Shown: piece by piece, positions 39,163 to 50,400 of the stretch | How the letters are laid out: every line of letters starts with the position of its first letter | Numbering within the stretch: position 1 is the first letter of the stretch | NCBI GenBank assembly: GCA_041740515.1 | Contig: JBGSLV010000036.1 | Coordinates: 4,429-68,428, forward strand | DNA length: 64,000 nucleotides | Direction of reading: 5' to 3' | Source: Bdellovibrionales bacterium | Lineage (GTDB): Bacteria > Bdellovibrionota > Bdellovibrionia > Bdellovibrionales > UBA1609 | Translations under genes and position numbers: made by a program | Notes under the pieces: generated by a model | The model's database searches: none | What the model was told of the DNA's origin: nothing | The model's input: only the letters and a program-made list of their open reading frames with translations

Positions 39163-40193
39163 AAAACAATGACTTAAAGATAGGTTTTTTTGAACAGTAC
39201 TTAACTATTTGGGTTGGTGCTTGCATCATTTTAGGATTAATTTTAGGCCAATTTTTTGGACCTATCTTTGAAGATTTAAGTTCTATGACGATTTCCAATG
39301 TAAATCTACCCGTAGCTTTATTGGTTTGGATGATGATCTTTCCCATGATGGTGCAAGTGAATTTCAGCGCCATAAAAGATGTGGGAAAAAATCCTAAAGG
39401 TTTAATTTTAACCCTAGCCATCAATTGGCTCATCAAGCCTTTCACAATGGCTTTGATCGCTTGGATTTTTTTTACAATGGTCTTTGCTTCCTATTTGACG
39501 GATCTACAAATAGAGCAATATATGGCGGGAGCTATTTTATTAGGTGCAGCACCTTGCACCGCTATGGTTTTTGTCTGGTCCTATTTAACCAAAGGTGATC
39601 CCGAATACACGCTGGTGCAAGTAGCCATCAATGATTTAGTTTTGCTCGTGGCTTTTATACCTATCGTTAAATTTCTTTTAGGGGTCACCAATATTGAAAT
39701 TCCATTTGCTACCTTATTTTATTCGGTATTTATCTTTGTTGTTATTCCACTTGTGGCTGGGCTCATCACCAACCGGATTTTAATAAATACCAAAGGGCAA
39801 ACTTGGTTTGAATCTGTGTTTTTACCTCAACTTAAGCCTGTATCTATTTTAGCTCTTCTTAGCACTCTGATTTTACTCTTTGCTTTTCAAGGTGAAACTA
39901 TTTTGTCGTCACCTCTTCATATCTTGATCATTGCCGTTCCACTTACTGTGCAAACCTATTTAATATTTTTTGTCAGCTGGTATTTAGGAAAGAAGTTAAA
40001 GCTCACTCATAAGGTTTTAGCCCCCGCAGCCATGATAGGTGCCAGTAATTTTTTCGAACTGGCCGTAGCTGTGGCTATAGCTTTATTTGGGTTAAATTCT
40101 GGGGCGGCTCTAGCTACAGTCGTAGGTGTATTGATCGAAGTGCCCGTCATGTTATCCCTTGTGAAGCTAGCAAATCGATGGCGTTTTGAATGA
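39159..40193 (+). CDS. acr3: arsenite efflux transporter, ACR3 family
   Basis: 'FFEQYLTIWVGACIILG' N-terminal signature of Acr3/ArsB(YqcL) and a 10-TM BART-fold topology. ATGA overlap with arsC. Confidence 0.8.
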   Translation: MKNNDLKIGFFEQYLTIWVGACIILGLILGQFFGPIFEDLSSMTISNVNLPVALLVWMMIFPMMVQVNFSAIKDVGKNPKGLILTLAINWLIKPFTMALIAWIFFTMVFASYLTDLQIEQYMAGAILLGAAPCTAMVFVWSYLTKGDPEYTLVQVAINDLVLLVAFIPIVKFLLGVTNIEIPFATLFYSVFIFVVIPLVAGLITNRILINTKGQTWFESVFLPQLKPVSILALLSTLILLFAFQGETILSSPLHILIIAVPLTVQTYLIFFVSWYLGKKLKLTHKVLAPAAMIGASNFFELAVAVAIALFGLNSGAALATVVGVLIEVPVMLSLVKLANRWRFE

Positions 40194-40233
40194 TTCTTTC
40201 TTGACAGCTTAAAGCTGGGCTAAGCACACTTAA

Positions 40234-41097
40234 GTGATGGGCTTTAAATGCGAGCACAATACCATCTCCCTTCGAAATTTAAGCTGGGCCATTGGTATAA
40301 ATTTAGTTTTATCGATAGTACAGATTCTAGCGGGCCTGCTGTCAGGAAGTTTATCCCTGATTGCGGACGCCATTCATAACCTCAGTGATGCTATCAGTTT
40401 ATTAATAGCTTTTGTTGCCGAAAAAATATCGCATTGGCCTGCCAATCAAGACTTAAATTTTGGCTATGGACGAGCTCAAATTATTGGGGCGTTAATTAAC
40501 AGTTTGTCATTAATCCTAGTGGCTATATATATTATTTACGAAGTCATTTTAAGATTTTTAGAACCTAAACCCATTAATGGATGGTGGGTTATAATCGTGG
40601 CAAGCTTTGCTTTAGTCATTGATTTACTGACTGCCAAATTGACCCATGAGGGCTCAAAACACAACATCAATATGCGAGCGGCTTTTATACATAATGTAAC
40701 CGATGCTTTGGCCTCCATTGTCGTCATTTTTTCTGGCGTGTTGGTGCTACTTTATGACTTTTACATTTTTGATCTACTGGCCAGCCTATTAATTGCTGGA
40801 TATATTTGTTATCAATCGATAGGTTTAATTCAAGATTGTCTTCGACATTTAATGCAAGCTGTTCCTGCTGACATCAATTATCAAGATGTGCAAAAAACAA
40901 TCTTGAATTGTACTGAAATCAAAGAGATCAAAAATTTATACATTTGGTCCATGAATGAAAGCCAAATAGCACTTCAGGCCCATTTAATATTACAAGACCA
41001 CAAGACCATAAATCAAAGTGAGCTGCTTGTAAGGCTTAAAAAAAGCATGTTAGAAAATTACAAAATTCAGATGACTACTTTTGAGCTTTCACCTTAA
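40234..41097 (+). CDS. cation diffusion facilitator (CDF) family metal efflux transporter
   Basis: 'SLIADAIHNLSDAISLLIAF' and 'HN.TDALASIVV' TM2/TM5 metal-site motifs. C-terminal cytoplasmic domain. Confidence 0.75.
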   Translation: MMGFKCEHNTISLRNLSWAIGINLVLSIVQILAGLLSGSLSLIADAIHNLSDAISLLIAFVAEKISHWPANQDLNFGYGRAQIIGALINSLSLILVAIYIIYEVILRFLEPKPINGWWVIIVASFALVIDLLTAKLTHEGSKHNINMRAAFIHNVTDALASIVVIFSGVLVLLYDFYIFDLLASLLIAGYICYQSIGLIQDCLRHLMQAVPADINYQDVQKTILNCTEIKEIKNLYIWSMNESQIALQAHLILQDHKTINQSELLVRLKKSMLENYKIQMTTFELSP

Positions 41098-41121
41098 GTT
41101 TTGTAAATATCAAAACTAAAC

Positions 41122-41796
41122 TCAAAGTCTAAAATGAAACCCACAAACAACACCAAACTCTTCCAATGTGGCTGGTGTGTCAGAAACGTCAATGAATGAA
41201 GAGGATGTGAAAATTTCCGGTCGAAGTATCAATTGTGGTGTAATCTGATAATCAAAACCAATATGTATACCAAAGTATATTTGGGAAGAAGTAACATCAG
41301 CAACCACATCGGTTTCACGCTCTGTTTTAGCCATAGCAATTCCAGATCCTAAACCAATAAAAGGCGCCCATGTCTGCATCGTTACAGAAGAACCTAATTT
41401 GCTATTTGGAATAACGGGAGGTGGATTATAAAAGTATCTTCGTAAAGTAAAACCTGTAAAACTAACACCTGAAGTAAATGGTCCAAGTCTAAACCCACGA
41501 CGATGCCCTAATGCTAATGAATACTTGGGGGCAATGAAAGTTTCAATACTGAGCCCAAACATTCCTGGTGTCTCTGCTCTGGATAAATCAAAACTTTCAC
41601 CAGCAACTATTACCGTTTTATCGATCCCAGAACCACCATATCCAAACAAGCCACCATAAATAAAATCAGGTTTAAATCTCATGGCCTGAGCTGAATTCAT
41701 AAACCCAACGCTTGCTACAATAATTAAAAAAGATTGAAACCAGAAATTAAGCGGCAACAGATAACCCCTTAGCACTATCTTCCTTTTTAATAGCAT
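41122..41796 (-). CDS. putative small outer-membrane beta-barrel protein
   Basis: Signal-like N-terminus, Gly/aromatic-rich alternating strands. Overlaps the upstream gene (the start may be an internal Met). Confidence 0.4.
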   Translation of the reverse strand: MLLKRKIVLRGYLLPLNFWFQSFLIIVASVGFMNSAQAMRFKPDFIYGGLFGYGGSGIDKTVIVAGESFDLSRAETPGMFGLSIETFIAPKYSLALGHRRGFRLGPFTSGVSFTGFTLRRYFYNPPPVIPNSKLGSSVTMQTWAPFIGLGSGIAMAKTERETDVVADVTSSQIYFGIHIGFDYQITPQLILRPEIFTSSSFIDVSDTPATLEEFGVVCGFHFRL

Positions 41797-43513
41797 CTTC
41801 TAAAGTTAAGACATTACTAAAAACCAGATTCACAAGCTTATTATGCAAAGATAAAATTAAACGCTCTTTTTCATTTTCAGGTAAGTTATCAGCTCGAGAT
41901 AAATCGTCTTCCAATATCTGTTTAGCTCTTGGTGAGATAAGCTCTAACACACTGGGAATCATATTAGGTACAACCCTTAAATAGGCTATTAACTCTTCAT
42001 TGGTCGCTCGCTTAATTAAGATCTCTTGCGTTGTTACTGTCCATTTAGAAAAAAAGCCAATGTGTGGACTTCTGCATTTGTACTCTTCAACCATAGGACC
42101 TTTAATTTTAGGCAACAACTTGCAAGCTTCTGTATACGACATACTGTCTACAAGTTTATTAAGTGTCATAGCTAATGAAATTTCAGACTCGCTGATTTGT
42201 TCCGTGAAATAGGGAGCAATTTGATTTTCAATGTCTTTTAACTTCTGTTGACTGATAGAGCTAAGCTGAGCGGCATTGTTTAAAAGCTCAATTTTTTTAT
42301 CAGGATCAAGTTTAGAAAAATAGTTTTTTCGTAAATTTTCAGGCATGTATAGAGAAACAACTGTTTGGATATCCGTATCGTTCCCTAATAGAACTTGGTT
42401 AACAGTCCCCAGATTCGTGTTACCTAAAAATGAAAACGGCTTGTGCAAAGCGTCTGTGCCTAAATTCAAGGAGGCCACCAAATCCCAATAAACTTTATTT
42501 ACTATATCATAACGTTTATCTAAACTTAAAGCTGACATTTGCGAAAACACATCCCCCATCTTCTTTTTTTCTTCTTTAGGGATAGGCAAACTACCAAGCA
42601 CACTTCCTGAAATTTCAGCAAAACAAGCAATTTGACTTAAACCTATTTCTCCTTGCTCACACCACTGATTGATCAATTGATCCAATTGGGTAATTAACTT
42701 CGGAGCAAGTTCTTTTATTTGTAAAGACAGTTGTGCAATTTTAGTCTCCATGGCTAATTTTTCAGCCACTTGCATTTGATCGTCGGCACCACGGCCCGAC
42801 ATAAAGCCTTCGCCGGCTTTCATTTCTGATTTGCTTTCAATATTAACAGAAGGGGTTTGTGACTCCCCTTTTGCGGCTCCACCACTTAAAATACGCCACA
42901 ATATAATTCCTAGTAATATTGCTAGTGCTAAGATGAGCTGACCTACAAGACCTTGTACTTGAATAATGCGATCAAAAGTTGATGGATTAGAGTTTTCATT
43001 TTGAATAAATTGTACTTGCGACTTTCCTAAACCTTGAAACTCTTCTTGAACTCGGTTTTGCAGCCAAGTCTCGATGGATTTTTTTACGGTATCACCCATG
43101 CTTTGGTGTAATCCAACATTTACACTCACTGACTTAATGGCATACTTTGCTAAAGGGCTGACGCTGCCAGCATCAACGTTGGCATAACGATCAAATAAAG
43201 TGTCTGCATCTAAGTAACCTAAATCTAAATCCGTATAATTTTCATCTTGTCCATTGAAATTTCTTTTCTTTTGGGAATCATCAATAATTTCTAATTCAAA
43301 TCGTGCTCCAACATTAAATTTTTCAAAAGTTATAATTGCAGATAACTCTTGAGTATACCTTTTCACGATCATCTCTTCTAAAGCCGCTTTGACACTGATA
43401 ACGTCCGCACGTCGTAATGGCGAAATAGTTTCTGATGTGTTTTTAGTATTTTGCGCCCAAACACAACTAAAACTAAAATATATTAAAGCTATTAAAAATA
43501 TCTTCAAATTCAT
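41747..43513 (-). CDS. bitopic membrane protein (signal peptide, ~200-aa periplasmic domain, 1 TM, ~370-aa cytoplasmic helical domain)
   Basis: Signal MNLKIFLIALIYFSFSCVWA. TM 'LVGQLILALAILLGIILWRIL'. 4-nt overlap with the upstream PEGA/TPR lipoprotein gene. Confidence 0.55.
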   Translation of the reverse strand: MNLKIFLIALIYFSFSCVWAQNTKNTSETISPLRRADVISVKAALEEMIVKRYTQELSAIITFEKFNVGARFELEIIDDSQKKRNFNGQDENYTDLDLGYLDADTLFDRYANVDAGSVSPLAKYAIKSVSVNVGLHQSMGDTVKKSIETWLQNRVQEEFQGLGKSQVQFIQNENSNPSTFDRIIQVQGLVGQLILALAILLGIILWRILSGGAAKGESQTPSVNIESKSEMKAGEGFMSGRGADDQMQVAEKLAMETKIAQLSLQIKELAPKLITQLDQLINQWCEQGEIGLSQIACFAEISGSVLGSLPIPKEEKKKMGDVFSQMSALSLDKRYDIVNKVYWDLVASLNLGTDALHKPFSFLGNTNLGTVNQVLLGNDTDIQTVVSLYMPENLRKNYFSKLDPDKKIELLNNAAQLSSISQQKLKDIENQIAPYFTEQISESEISLAMTLNKLVDSMSYTEACKLLPKIKGPMVEEYKCRSPHIGFFSKWTVTTQEILIKRATNEELIAYLRVVPNMIPSVLELISPRAKQILEDDLSRADNLPENEKERLILSLHNKLVNLVFSNVLTLEDAIKKEDSAKGLSVAA

Positions 43514-44232
43514 GGCGATGCCTTTTTTGCACCTGGGTTTGGACTTAGAGAATTTTCTAAAGTGGCTTTTATTTCGTTGGATGACGGTGTTTGAGCTGGC
43601 AGTCGATTAGGTATTCGAAGTGTGTCTCGGACTTTACCAGCCATATCGATAGCTGTTTTAAGCTCAGGGTTTACAGCTAAAGCATTTTCGTACCATTTTA
43701 AACTCTCTTCAAACTCCCCTTTGGCATAATGAATGGCCGCTTTCATACTTAATGCGCGGTCAAACTTGGGAAACACTTCAAGGATTTTGTCTATTTCAAT
43801 TAAGGCTCTTTCTAATTGAGCTGATTTGGCAAACTGTTGTGATAAAAAAAGCTTTTGTAACAAATCTTGGGCTGTCTTGAGTTCATCGGAGCTACTTGTG
43901 GTAGGATCTAACTTTAAAACTAGCTGTGTTCCCAACTGACCACCGGCATTGATAGGAACCCAAATGTCTTTAGCTTTAAAACCGTCTTTACGAATAATTA
44001 TATTTACTAACCCACCTGGATAATTCTGGCCTTTTAAGTGCTCGCTTAAGTCTTTATCAGTTTTAAGCAGTGGGGTTTGCCCCAAATTTTTCTCTTCTTT
44101 AGTTTCAGGATTCACAATATAAACATCTGCAACTTCAGGCTCTGTGATCACTTTAAACGGAACCGTTCCACAACTTGTAAGAAATTGTATTGCAGCCAAC
44201 ACCATAGAAACTTTAAAAACCAACTTACCCAT
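43510..44232 (-). CDS. lipoprotein with PEGA-like N-domain and C-terminal TPR repeats
   Basis: Lipobox 'FLTSC'. 'ADVYIVNPE...LGQTPL...VNIIIRKDGFKAKD' is PEGA-like. C-terminal 'ALSMKAAIHYAKGEFEESLKWYENALAVNP' is TPR. Confidence 0.55.
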   Translation of the reverse strand: MGKLVFKVSMVLAAIQFLTSCGTVPFKVITEPEVADVYIVNPETKEEKNLGQTPLLKTDKDLSEHLKGQNYPGGLVNIIIRKDGFKAKDIWVPINAGGQLGTQLVLKLDPTTSSSDELKTAQDLLQKLFLSQQFAKSAQLERALIEIDKILEVFPKFDRALSMKAAIHYAKGEFEESLKWYENALAVNPELKTAIDMAGKVRDTLRIPNRLPAQTPSSNEIKATLENSLSPNPGAKKASP

Positions 44233-44462
44233 AATGATCCTTCCATGCTATTTATCGAGAAAACAGTAGGTACTCTTGATGTAGTATCAGGGTTTCTAAA
44301 CTATAGACTTGTTTTATTTTTTAAGATTTTCTTAAGATTTCAGATTCTTAAATATGCATTTTTTGTATTGAAAAAATTAAGCCTTAAATTGAAACAAATA
44401 AGACTTAAGTCGTGCAAAAACAATACTTCGTTAAATTTAATATGGCCGATAATTGCATTGAT

Positions 44463-47400
44463 TTAGGGTCCTGATTCCACTAGTATCTGCGAACTTCGAA
44501 TAGTTATTTGACCTTGTGATGGTGAAACTCGTGATACAAATTTTTCATTTATTGGAAGACCCACAATCTCTGGACTTCGATAGTTATTTAAAGTCGCAGG
44601 GTTGATAAAAATTTGTGATCCCGTCACTAAATTTAATCCTAGATTGCCAGAACTTGCACTATGATACATTAAATCCACTGACCCTTGCGATAAACTGTCG
44701 GTATCGGCTGTCACTTGATAATATACTTTAGGATTAGTAAATTGGCTTCGATCAAAAATAGCGCGTTGATAAGTAAGTATGGTTTCAACTCCAATCATGC
44801 GATTTAAAGATCCAATTCTATAAACTAAACTTGTTTTTGATAAATTTCTAAGTTTTACCCAAAGCCCCGCTTTGTGAATTCGGACGGAACCAGTTGAGCA
44901 GTAATATTCACATCGTAAAACTAATCTGTAATTGTGCCCTTCATTGACCCCACGAAATTGTAAAACACCTTCGTTAAATGGAATACTAGTTATTATTACA
45001 CCAGGTCCTGAAAATCGTGTTTCGGTCATAGCTACTAATTGGCTTGTGTTGTTATTGTAAAGCCCTAATATTCCTTCGGCTCCATTTACTGTTGAAATTA
45101 ATGTCTCAAGTTCCCAAGCGTTATACTCAATGATTTTATCTAAACTTAAAGCTCTTCTGGTAAATAGACTAGCTTGGGGGAAATCATGATAGACAGTGTC
45201 TGATGTGCTATAAGCAAAAACATCAGCGTCAACATTGATTGGGGATTCATCAGAGCTTAGCAAAGGATAATAGATTTTTGTCTTAGTAGCATTGACTTGA
45301 TTAACAAGTAATTTCGCCGAGTACACCGACAGCTGCCCATCTGAAGTCGTCTGTTCAAGCTCTAGTCGAAGTTTCTGTGCCCCCGAATTTATAGTTATAG
45401 GGGATTTAAAAACAGTAGGTTCAAAAGTATTTGCTGGAATTGTTATAAAATCCATCATCACATCTGACTCATTAACAATACCTACAGATCTAGCCGTTGT
45501 ATCAAAATTAGTTCCTATAACTTCAAACTCTAACCCTGTAACACCATCGTAGTCGTTAGTGTCAAAAGTTGTTAAAGTTCTATTGAAAGCTATGTTGTTA
45601 GAGCCACTAGATGCAATCGCTAAGTCTGTTAACTCAATAGGAACTTGAAAGCGTAAAGATCCATCTCTAATGATACTGACAGTGTTGGAACTCACCGATC
45701 TGCGACCATTTGCATACACTCCTCTTACGGCATAATAATAAGTCACAGCTGCGACCACATTACTGTCTAATGCTGAAGTTGTTACAGAAGTTTGTACCAC
45801 GCCGTAAGGACCTGAAGAGGATTCGGATCTTAAAACTTCATACTGTGTCACGGATGGGATAACATCCCAATTTAATTCAACAGCTGAGGTACCGTTTACG
45901 GCTGTTAAATTTGTCGGACCACTCACTAACAGGACCGAAACTTGATTGGAATTGTTAGAAATAACGCCTGAACTATTTACCGTTCGAAGTACATAAAAAT
46001 AACTATCCCCAGGAATTACCGTGGTGTCCAAGTACTCTGTGGTAGCTGGAGGTAACGTAGCTATGACACTGTAAGGTCCCCCTGAATTTACGGATCGAAG
46101 CAGTTCATAACTTGCGATGCTAGGAACATTCGGCCAATATAGCTCTACAGAATTTGTTGACTGCGAAGCTAAATTTAATCCAACCGGAGTTTGAGGTCGT
46201 ATTGATACATTCACAGGGTCACTGATCAGCGAGGTTGCCATTTCACTGCCGTTGATCGCTATAGCTTGATACTGATAATAATAGGTCTGAGCTGGTGCAA
46301 TTGAAGCGTCGACATAAGAGGTCGTTGGTAACCCTGAAGCAATGAGTTCAAAATTAACAGCGTTTGTTGAACGATATAAATTATAGGTATTTGCATTTAC
46401 GACACTTGCCCAAGATATTCCAATTGAAGTGGTAGTGTTAAATTGCACATCTGGCTTAGGCGTGCTCATTTCAGACTGGATCATGACTTCATTAGAAGGT
46501 GCACTTTCATTAAAGCCATTCAAAGCTGTAACTCTAAAATAATACGTAGTTCCTGCTACTAAACCACTGACAATAGTCCCTGAAGAGCTTGTAGTGTTCT
46601 GGATCGGGGCCCCGTAAACTCCGGAAGTTGTTGATCGATAAATATTAAAAGAAGTTCGCCCAGAGACATCCGTCCAAGTTAAATTCACATCATTTCCAGA
46701 TCCAGTGTTTTCAGCATGCAATTGCACTGGAGACAGTGGTATACGCCCAGGACTAAAACCAACGCTAATTGGCGAAAGCAATTGCAGTGGAGGATAGTTT
46801 GTCTTAATCCGATAAAAATATACGTTGCCATTGCTTGCAGTATTATCAGTGAAGTTTGTCATTGCATAGTTTGTGCTAATGGCACTAAAGGTTGATCCAT
46901 CCGTTGATCTTTCAATATCATAATCAATAGCCCCTGCCATTGGTGTCCATGACAAAGTCACTTGATTATTACCCGTTATTCCACTGGGGGCTGAAGCTGG
47001 CATAAATGTCCATGCTTGAGCTACTGGTGAAGTTTGAGGAACACCGGCAACAATGGCCACCACTCTGATGTAATATAAACTTTGAGGATTTAAGCCAAAT
47101 ATGGTTGCCGTATTCGTTGCTGTTGTGGTTGCTATTGTATATGGACCTGCAATGTTTAAGGCCCGTTCCACACGATAAGAAGTTGTGGCTGGAACACTTG
47201 GCCAATCTACACGCATGAACGTATCACCAAGAACCGTTAAGCTGATATTAGAGGGAAGGGTGGAAGTAGTTATTTGACCTAACACAACTTGAGATGATTG
47301 ACCCTCGGTTAAATCCGAAAAGCGCGCACGTACTCGGTAATAATAACCCGTGTTCACGTTGACTGCAGTGTCTTGATAAGTTGCCGTAGAGGCAACATCG

Positions 47401-50400
47401 TAATTGACAAATGGACCATCAAAAGAATTGGCTCTGGCTATGACATAGTCTTGCGCGCCAGCTACAGCATTCCAAGATAGTTGCAAACGATCCGATTGAG
47501 GAGCCATTGCAAAACCAGTTATAGGTGCATTTCTAAATCCAACAGTATTTGTAGGAGCTGTCTCATGACTTCCCCAAACCGCTGTGATTCGAAAAAAATT
47601 CATACCAGTTAATAAAGGTGCGGAACTCATAAATGTAGTGTTAATATTTTGGACAAAAGTAAATGGTCCAAGTTCATTGGCGGATCGGTACAATCTGAAA
47701 TTATTAAAATGTGAAGGTGATATCCAATCCAGCTGAACTCTATTATCTGCAGCAATGAAATTTAAAATCAAATTTCCCGGCGCAGATGGATTAACGTTTG
47801 CTCTTGCCGCTTTGATAGCAGTTGGATAACCGACGTAAATTTTATCGCCATCGATATCAAAAAGATAAGCTTGAACATAATAATAAGCCCCATCCATATT
47901 GGCTGTAGGATCAACCAAAGAACGTGGTGTATAGCCATCCACTAAAACTGAAAAATTTTTGTCAGGGTCTGAAGATTTATATACAGTGTAGAATAAATCC
48001 CCGGAATTGTAGGACCCAAAAGTGCTTGGTGCCGTCCAAGAAAGAATCACTTCGCCATCTCCAGGAGCAAGATTTAATTGTGGCGAATCCGAAGAGTAAA
48101 AACCGACAATATTTGAGCCCCCACTTTCAGAAAGTCCCCATCCTGCTCTGACACGAATGTAATTGATGTTATCATTGCCAAAACCACAATCATCAAATGA
48201 AGCTAAATCAGTAGAACCCATAAGCCCTAAAGAATTTTTTGGAAAGCCTTTATAAACATTAAATGTGTCATAGTAAGAAGATCTGGACCAATTTATTTTT
48301 AAACCCTGACCACCACCGCAACTAGCAATGGCATTAAGTGGAGTGATTGACAATAAGGTCGGAGCACTTGGATTAGCTTTTGGGACAGCTGAAGCTATAT
48401 TAGACTGGGAACTTTCACCGGCAGGATTACTGGCTTTGATTAAATAAAAATAAGTTTGTCCGTTCGACAAACCTGTATCTGCATAAAAAGTTGAAGTCGT
48501 TGTAACTCCTAGATCTGTAAATGGTCCGGCAAATTGTAAAGATCGAAAAATTCGATAAGTGACATTTTCAGGAAATCCACTCCAAGTCAAATTCACTCTT
48601 GAATCACCAACAGTAGTGACCAAATTATTAGAAGCAATTGGTGTTGGAGCTGCAATTGTGATACTAACTTCGGGGGAACTTTGGCTTCGCCCCGTAACAT
48701 TGGATGCAAACACGCGGTAATAATACGTCTCGCCATCAGTAATTTGTAAATCGTTATAGTTATTTCCAATCTGTTGACTGCTTAATACTGTATAAGGGCC
48801 ACCCGACTGGTTTGATCTTTCCACTGTGTATCTAGGAGTGGGATTTGCAAGTCCATCAGGAAGCCAAGACAAATTGACCGAACCATTTACATTGTTACTA
48901 GCCACCAAATTCGCTGGCGGTAAATTGTTATGTGTAAAATTGGTTAAAAATCGGCATGCAGATAAAGTTCCGACTTCATTTATTGTTTGGCCATACAAAG
49001 CCATTGTTGCATTCGGGTTTACTTGTATTGGCACACCAGTGGTTGTCAACAGAGTGGGATTTGCGGAAGTGACTAAACTTGTGCAGATGGAATTAGCATA
49101 AATACTTAAGTTAACTCGATTCATAAAATCTGGACTTAATGTGTAAGACCCAAACAGTCTAATCTCTTGGTTATAAGACGGAGAAGTAGGTGTAGTGCTT
49201 TGAAAGACAGGTGCGGCAGGTACAAGAATATTGTAAGTGTAAAAAGTTAAAAGCGTACAATTACTTTCATTACCTGCCGCATCGAAGGCTTTAGCATAGA
49301 TGGAAGTTTCAGCGTTGATATTCACATCAATCGTTATTCCTGTTGCATTAAATTGATTTGGTGTACCCTCACCCAGTTTTGTTACACAGGAGTCACTGTC
49401 AAAGAATTCAACTCTTGAAGGTGGCAACTGACTGGCTGGATTATCTAACACATCCCCTGAAATAGTCGGTGTCGAGGATTGATTGTTTGGTGAAATGGGA
49501 GCAATCCCGCTGTATGTTGGATTTACTGGAGACACATTATTATGAATATAAGTCGTTAAAAAAACACAAGCTGAAAAGTTACCGTAAATATCAACAGCGC
49601 GAGCAAAAAGCTGAGTGGTCGAATTTAAAGGCAAATTAGCAACAACTCCCGATGCTGTATATTGCCCTCTGGAAGCTGATGCAATCTGTGTGGTACAGGT
49701 TGGGTTGGTAAAAATCCGTATCGTTTCAATTGTAGGATCAGCTGTTCCTAAGATAGCAGGAGTACTAGAAAATCTTGAAGGCGAAGCAGGTACTGTGAAA
49801 GCAAATGTAGGATTCGGCGCAGGCACACTTGAATGTTCATAACTGGCATGGAAGGTACAATCGGACATATTACCTTCAAGATCAGAAACGCGGACGTAGA
49901 TGGGAGTGGTCGAATTGGTATCTAAGTTTAGCAAAATACCATTCACTTCATAATCATCGATATCCCCTTGACCCACACTGACAGTGCATAATTCATCTTT
50001 ATAGAAAAACAAATTTACTGTTCGAGCTGCCGCTTGCCCGATGATCAAAGGAGTTGTTGTTAAATTCGTAGGCGAAAGCGGATCTGTTCTATTAAACACT
50101 GGGTTTTCAGGAGGTGTAGTATTATGAATATAACTTGTTAAAAATGTGCAGTCCGAGCCATTATCAGAGCTATCAAAAGCTCGTGCGTAAATATTGGTTG
50201 TGTCATTGCTGCGTACATTTGTAACGGCACCAATTCCAATAAAATCAGGACGATTTCCAAAACCGATAGTGTTTAAACACAAAGCCGAATCATAAAAAAT
50301 AATCTCATCTGTATCGCTACTTGCCGAACCAAAAATTCTTGGCAAAGTCTTTTGGTTTGTGGGCGACATGGGACTTGCCCCTAAATATCCAAGAGCAGCT

